Shown here in pieces: positions 15,995 through 20,000 of a stretch of DNA of 20,000 bases. Location of the stretch: IMG/VR virus record IMGVR_UViG_3300031673_008321, one strand, 5' to 3'. Each line of letters starts with the position of its first letter. Position 1 is the stretch's first letter. The DNA comes from an uncultured virus (IMG/VR IMGVR_UViG_3300031673_008321) (lineage: Duplodnaviria; Heunggongvirae; Uroviricota; Caudoviricetes). Made by a program: the position numbers and the translations under genes. The notes below the pieces were generated by a model. It did not search any database and was not told the DNA's origin. It was given only the letters and a program-made list of their open reading frames with translations.

Positions 15995-17058
15995 TGAAAA
16001 AATTAACTATAAAATTTATTTATTCAGAGTTTAAAAAAGAAGGTTATACACTTTTAACTAAAGAATATATAAATAGCAAGCAAAAATTAGAGTATATTTG
16101 TCCCAATGGCCATAAACACAGTACAAGATGGGGTAATTGGCGGGGAGGTTATAGATGCTCATATTGTGCCGGAAATAGAAAGCTCGTCATAGAATTTATT
16201 AGATCGGAATTTGAAAAAGAGGGTTATAAATTATTAACTAAGAGATATAAAAACAGCTCCCAAAAACTGTATTATATTTGCCTTAATGGGCATAGTGGAT
16301 CTATATCATGGGGCAGCTGGCAACAAATCCGTAGGTGCATTTATTGTTCAGGCAAATCTAAGAAAACTATAGAATTTATTAGGTTAGAATTTGAGAAAGA
16401 AGGTTATGTGCTTTTAACCAAAGAGTATAAGAACTGTTCTCAAAAACTTGAATATATTTGTCCTTATGGGCATAAGGGTTCAGTAAATTGGGTTAATTGG
16501 AATTCAAACAAAAGTAGATGCCCCATTTGCTATAATAAAATTCGCGGATCTATGAGTAGATTGTCTATAGATTATATTAAATCGGAGTTTGCTAAAGATG
16601 GTTATAATCTTTTATCAACACACTATAGGAATAATTACCAAAAACTGAAATACCGGTGCGCAGAAAATCATATACATTTAATGGGTTGGAATAGTTGGGG
16701 TGCTGGAAAAAGATGTCCTACCTGTAGAGATGTTAAATACAGTGGATCTGGCAACCCGAATTGGAAAGGCGGCATCTCCTGTGAACCATATTGTGATGTG
16801 TGGCTTGACAGAGATTTTAAAGAATCTATTTTAGATCGGGATGATCATCACTGTCAGAATCCAGATTGTTGGAGAACAAGTAAAAAATTAACAGTTCATC
16901 ACATTGATTATAATAAGAAAAATTGCTGTCCAGAAAATTTAATTACGGTGTGTAGATCCTGTAATGCTCGTGCTAATTTTGACAGGAAGTTATGTGAGGG
17001 CCAGTATTCTAATTTAATCCAACAAAAGCATGCTAATGGACTTAATGATTATGAATAG
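15994..17058 (+). CDS. HNH endonuclease with four tandem zinc-ribbon repeats
   Basis: Four copies of EF.K.GY.LL...Y.N..QKL.Y.C..(G/N)H.....W..W....RC..C, then NPNWKGG and HHIDY...N..TVCRSCN. Confidence 0.85.
   Translation: MKKLTIKFIYSEFKKEGYTLLTKEYINSKQKLEYICPNGHKHSTRWGNWRGGYRCSYCAGNRKLVIEFIRSEFEKEGYKLLTKRYKNSSQKLYYICLNGHSGSISWGSWQQIRRCIYCSGKSKKTIEFIRLEFEKEGYVLLTKEYKNCSQKLEYICPYGHKGSVNWVNWNSNKSRCPICYNKIRGSMSRLSIDYIKSEFAKDGYNLLSTHYRNNYQKLKYRCAENHIHLMGWNSWGAGKRCPTCRDVKYSGSGNPNWKGGISCEPYCDVWLDRDFKESILDRDDHHCQNPDCWRTSKKLTVHHIDYNKKNCCPENLITVCRSCNARANFDRKLCEGQYSNLIQQKHANGLNDYE
16027..16730 (+). repeat. Intragenic tandem repeat, about 180-bp unit x4
   Basis: GA(G/A)TTT.....GA.GGTTAT anchors at 16027, 16207, 16387 and 16585 (spacing 180, 180, 198). 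Confidence 0.8.
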
Positions 17059-17407
17059 ATTAATTACGCCCGTATATAATAAAAAACCATGGGGTAGCGA
17101 TATCCTTTGGAGTTGGACTACTGGTTATATGTGTAAAACTATAGAGATAGATCCATTTAAAATAACAGATCTCTTAGTCTACGAAAAGAAAGAGAAATCC
17201 ATTATAGTTGTGGAGGGTATATTAAGTTTAGCACTTGGTAAATGTTGTGATGAGAATGAATTAAAATACTATGATTGCCCTGAAGGATGGTCTATGTATA
17301 TAGATCCTGGTTATATGCATAGATATGGAGCAACAGATAAGTCAGTCAGGATTATAGAGATTTCAAGTCCAGAAATTGATGAGGCTGTAATAGTTAGGGA
17401 GGTGTAA
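17051..17407 (+). CDS. Cupin-fold protein (mannose-6-phosphate isomerase C-terminal-like)
   Basis: KPWG...K.I.I.P, IVVEG, G.SMYI.PG.MHR, IIEISSPE. Probable start is ATG 17051. The first metal-binding His motif appears degenerate. Confidence 0.7.
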   Translation: MNRLITPVYNKKPWGSDILWSWTTGYMCKTIEIDPFKITDLLVYEKKEKSIIVVEGILSLALGKCCDENELKYYDCPEGWSMYIDPGYMHRYGATDKSVRIIEISSPEIDEAVIVREV

Positions 17408-17408
17408 A

Positions 17409-17879
17409 ATGATCAATGCTGGGGAAGTTTTGCAAATAGTGAACACTTTATTGTTTCAATTTAATGTCCAATATGATAGACATGATTATGGAAATAGTTC
17501 TATTTTTACAGTACCTAAATTTGGTGTTAAAATAATTTATCTCGACGGCCAAGAATTTGACAATAAAATACTTGACGGGTGGAATGTAGTTTATGTTCAT
17601 CCCGATTTTGATAGTAAAAAATCAAAAGAGCGAATTGTGTGGGTATTGGTTCAAGGTGGATATTTTCACTATTTACGTAATAAATATAAGAAAACTTTTC
17701 ATTATATGCTATCAAATGAAGGTTGGGGTAGACTTATTATTCAAGAACGTTTGAAAAGATATAGGGGGTTGCCAAAGTATGTTTATTTTGGTGAGTTAAA
17801 TAAAGATGCTTTACAGGCTGCTGAGACGTGGGTATTATCTCAAGACAGTGGTTTTTTTGATACGATGGTGGATCCATGA
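17409..17879 (+). CDS. Hypothetical protein
   Basis: 156-aa ORF with SD GGAGGT. Confidence 0.65.
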   Translation: MINAGEVLQIVNTLLFQFNVQYDRHDYGNSSIFTVPKFGVKIIYLDGQEFDNKILDGWNVVYVHPDFDSKKSKERIVWVLVQGGYFHYLRNKYKKTFHYMLSNEGWGRLIIQERLKRYRGLPKYVYFGELNKDALQAAETWVLSQDSGFFDTMVDP

Positions 17880-18079
17880 ACTTGTTTTTAATATATCTTA
17901 TAGGGTGTTTACTAAGCTTTGGTATAACATATACTTTTACTATACCATATAGCAATAGTGATGTGTCTAATTTTCGTATATATACTTATGGGACACTTAG
18001 TAGTTGGTTAACTGTTTTAATGTTTATAGTTGGAGTGATTAGGGGGATTGTGAAAGGAGTTACGAAAGATGGGGATTAA
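17876..18079 (+). CDS. Small 2-TM membrane protein (holin-like?)
   Basis: 67 aa with two hydrophobic segments and a charged C-tail; ATGA overlap with the upstream gene. Confidence 0.55.
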   Translation: MNLFLIYLIGCLLSFGITYTFTIPYSNSDVSNFRIYTYGTLSSWLTVLMFIVGVIRGIVKGVTKDGD

Positions 18080-19097
18080 AAATTATTACGAAATAGCAAA
18101 AGCTGTTATGTTTGGGTTGATTATATTGGCTTTAGTTATGGGCGGCTTAAAGGGCTACGCTTGGATTAACATGCAATTTGCACACCAAGATGCAAAGTAT
18201 AAACTAGAGCTTGAGCAAGCTAGGGAATACAAACAATATAACGATAACCTTGTTCGCGCTCATACAGAGATTGTTAATAGTCTGAAAGCTGAAATTGATG
18301 AGATAAGAAAGCGAAACTCAATAGCTGTGAACGAAATGTTGACGGATATTAAAGAGAAAAATGAAAAAATAAATAATATAGGTGAGACTGTTGCCAAACT
18401 CAATGAAAATATCAGAGACTTAAGAGTTAAAGCTGATCATATATATAAATCTGGAACTGGTGATTATGATGAGCAGGAATTTAAGAAGATAATGTATCGT
18501 GATAAGGATGAGCAAGGAAATGTAATAGAAATTCCAATCGGATGGGCAATATATTTTCCAAACAGAGAGCTAGATAAGAGATGGAAAACTGGTGTGTACC
18601 CTCTTGAATATCACAGTAAAATAGTGCAGTCAGAACAGGAAGACGGTCAGCTTAATACCTATACCGAAGTATACTTTGAGAACAACAAAGATAAGACCAG
18701 TAGAGGTATTGAGGTTCCTGTTAAAATAACTAGTTCGGAGTTCAAACAACTTAGAAAAGAAAACAAGGAATTCTTTCTATGGGCTCCCCATATCAACTTT
18801 ACTGTTGACTTTGGTATAAGTGGTTTTGACGTCGCTGGTAAGGATGGTCTACCCATTGTGCCTGGTATCAGTGTTAGTGTGTCTGGTTATGGTAGAACTA
18901 AAAGGGATTTGGATTGGAAATTTATTGAGTTAGGAATAGCTAGTACTGGAGACAGTACTTATCTTAGGTTCTCACCATTCTCATGGAACATAGGTAAAGT
19001 GGTTCCACTTATTAGTAACACCTTTGTTGGCCCATTTGTGGGATTTTCAACCGAGGGAGAAACTGTGTTTGGAGTAGGAATAAGTATTCCGTTTTAA
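18069..19097 (+). CDS. Envelope protein: N-terminal TM, coiled coil, C-terminal amphipathic beta strands
   Basis: TM AVMFGLIILALVMGGL, coiled coil at about aa 35-120, and Gly/aromatic alternating strands ending VFGVGISIPF. SD AAGGAG. Confidence 0.7.
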   Translation: MGIKNYYEIAKAVMFGLIILALVMGGLKGYAWINMQFAHQDAKYKLELEQAREYKQYNDNLVRAHTEIVNSLKAEIDEIRKRNSIAVNEMLTDIKEKNEKINNIGETVAKLNENIRDLRVKADHIYKSGTGDYDEQEFKKIMYRDKDEQGNVIEIPIGWAIYFPNRELDKRWKTGVYPLEYHSKIVQSEQEDGQLNTYTEVYFENNKDKTSRGIEVPVKITSSEFKQLRKENKEFFLWAPHINFTVDFGISGFDVAGKDGLPIVPGISVSVSGYGRTKRDLDWKFIELGIASTGDSTYLRFSPFSWNIGKVVPLISNTFVGPFVGFSTEGETVFGVGISIPF

Positions 19098-19107
19098 GGA
19101 GTTAATT

Positions 19108-19329
19108 ATGGATAGCATAACTGAAAATAATGTAGTAGCTCTTTTGGAAGAGTGCTTTGCTAACGGTAATCTCGGTCCGGGTTCGCTGTGGTTGTGGTTT
19201 CTACAAGAGGGGCCTCTTATAGAGCGAACTTTAGAATATGCTAATTACGATGAATACAAAAGTGATACGATTTGTTTAGCTTGCAATCTTCCTGTTAGCG
19301 TGTGTAAATGTTATGTTAGGGGAGATTAA
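19108..19329 (+). CDS. Hypothetical protein with a C-terminal Cys cluster
   Basis: SD AAGGAG; CLAC...CKC. Confidence 0.55.
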   Translation: MDSITENNVVALLEECFANGNLGPGSLWLWFLQEGPLIERTLEYANYDEYKSDTICLACNLPVSVCKCYVRGD

Positions 19330-19351
19330 AAATTATTAAGGAGAAATTATT

Positions 19352-19828
19352 ATGAAAAAGATTTTATTTCCGATCATGTTTAGTATTATGGTTTTATTGT
19401 TAACGGGTTTGGCTGCGTATGCTGGGCCTGTTGAGGATCAAAAAGTAGCGCATATCCGACAGACGTTTGATGTGGTAGCCAATGAATTTTATCAAAGAGC
19501 TGACAAAGAACAGACCCCAGTAGGTGGTATGATTATGTATCTTTCTGATGAAACTACTAAAGAACATTATTATTTGACTATGAGTGTGGATGGATCAGGC
19601 ATTATAACTATGGTTACTGCAAGCATACAAGTTGAATTAGCTAATAATGTCGTTGAGATACGCAATGAGGGTTTGCGGGTTGATTATGAATCTAAAAATT
19701 ATAACTACTATTTAGATTGCAAGCTAATATTTAGGAATGAGAATTGTCGAATTGAAATAATGGAACCCAAAGAAGGCGTTTGGGATACTGTATTAGGAAA
19801 ACTTTTCTTAAATAATAGTCCAGAATAA
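19352..19828 (+). CDS. Secreted protein with a Sec signal peptide
   Basis: MKK, hydrophobic core and AYA cleavage motif; SD AAGGAG. Confidence 0.7.
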   Translation: MKKILFPIMFSIMVLLLTGLAAYAGPVEDQKVAHIRQTFDVVANEFYQRADKEQTPVGGMIMYLSDETTKEHYYLTMSVDGSGIITMVTASIQVELANNVVEIRNEGLRVDYESKNYNYYLDCKLIFRNENCRIEIMEPKEGVWDTVLGKLFLNNSPE

Positions 19829-19833
19829 AAGAA

Positions 19834-19866
19834 TATCTAGCAAAATCTTCATTTTATTCTATAATA
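19834..19866 (+). promoter_or_regulatory. Conserved phage promoter motif, copy 5
   Basis: TATCTAGCAAA-ATCTTCATTT-TATTCTATAATA. Confidence 0.82.
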
Positions 19867-19896
19867 TAGTTAAATAACATTTATAGGAGGGATAAG

Positions 19897-20000
19897 ATGA
19901 AAAAAACTTGTACAGTTCCAATGGGTATGAGAACTAGAGCTGATGATGGTACAGCGTATTATGTTCATTGCGGTTTAGATGCGGAATATAAAGTTGGTTA
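19897..20000 (+). CDS. Hypothetical protein, 3'-truncated (MKKTCTVPMGMRTRADDG...)
   Basis: SD AGGAGG then ATG 19897; frame open to the window end; downstream of promoter copy 5. Confidence 0.55.
   Translation, partial: MKKTCTVPMGMRTRADDGTAYYVHCGLDAEYKVG

Noticed and set aside
731..18856. All minus-strand ORFs in the track (e.g. 3656-4249, 6432-6851, 13433-13807) and the + ORF 5533-5730
   Set aside because: They are shadow frames overlapping well-supported + strand genes and show no recognisable motifs.
272..19866. The 33-bp repeats as a CRISPR array or REP elements
   Set aside because: Copies are dispersed by 0.7-6.8 kb, are not palindromic, have a variable centre and contain TATAAT; no cas genes are present.
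1..20000. Stop-codon reassignment (TAG or TGA recoding, as in some large phages)
   Set aside because: Conserved genes are full length in code 11, and TAG (map) and TGA (yeaH) end genes at the expected positions.

Overview
AT-rich, gene-dense window in which every credible gene is on the + strand. The content (HNH endonucleases, Rad52/Sak-like annealase, phage-type metallopeptidase, many small ORFans, a repeated non-canonical promoter) fits a large/jumbo bacteriophage, with weak hints of a Desulfobacterota-type host. Left to right: a type II R-M pair (N4-C MTase + EcoO109I-like REase), a metallopeptidase, methionine aminopeptidase, a stand-alone PAS protein abutting a membrane protein, a complete yeaG(prkA)-yeaH-ycgB(spoVR) operon interrupted by an HNH gene and followed 9 bp later by a full tmRNA gene, then an SMR/DMT-like membrane protein, a Rad52-like protein, a single-ATPase-domain Clp protein with a ClpP-docking IGF loop, a Zn-ribbon-repeat HNH, a cupin and envelope proteins (a possible holin/spanin-like pair). 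A 33-bp motif, TATCTAGCAAA-N10-TATTCTATAATA, occurs 5 times at gene-block starts. The most interesting signal is a probable phage-encoded protein quality-control/remodelling system (tmRNA + Clp unfoldase + YeaG/YeaH/YcgB + MetAP). Family names come from motif recognition, not database searches.
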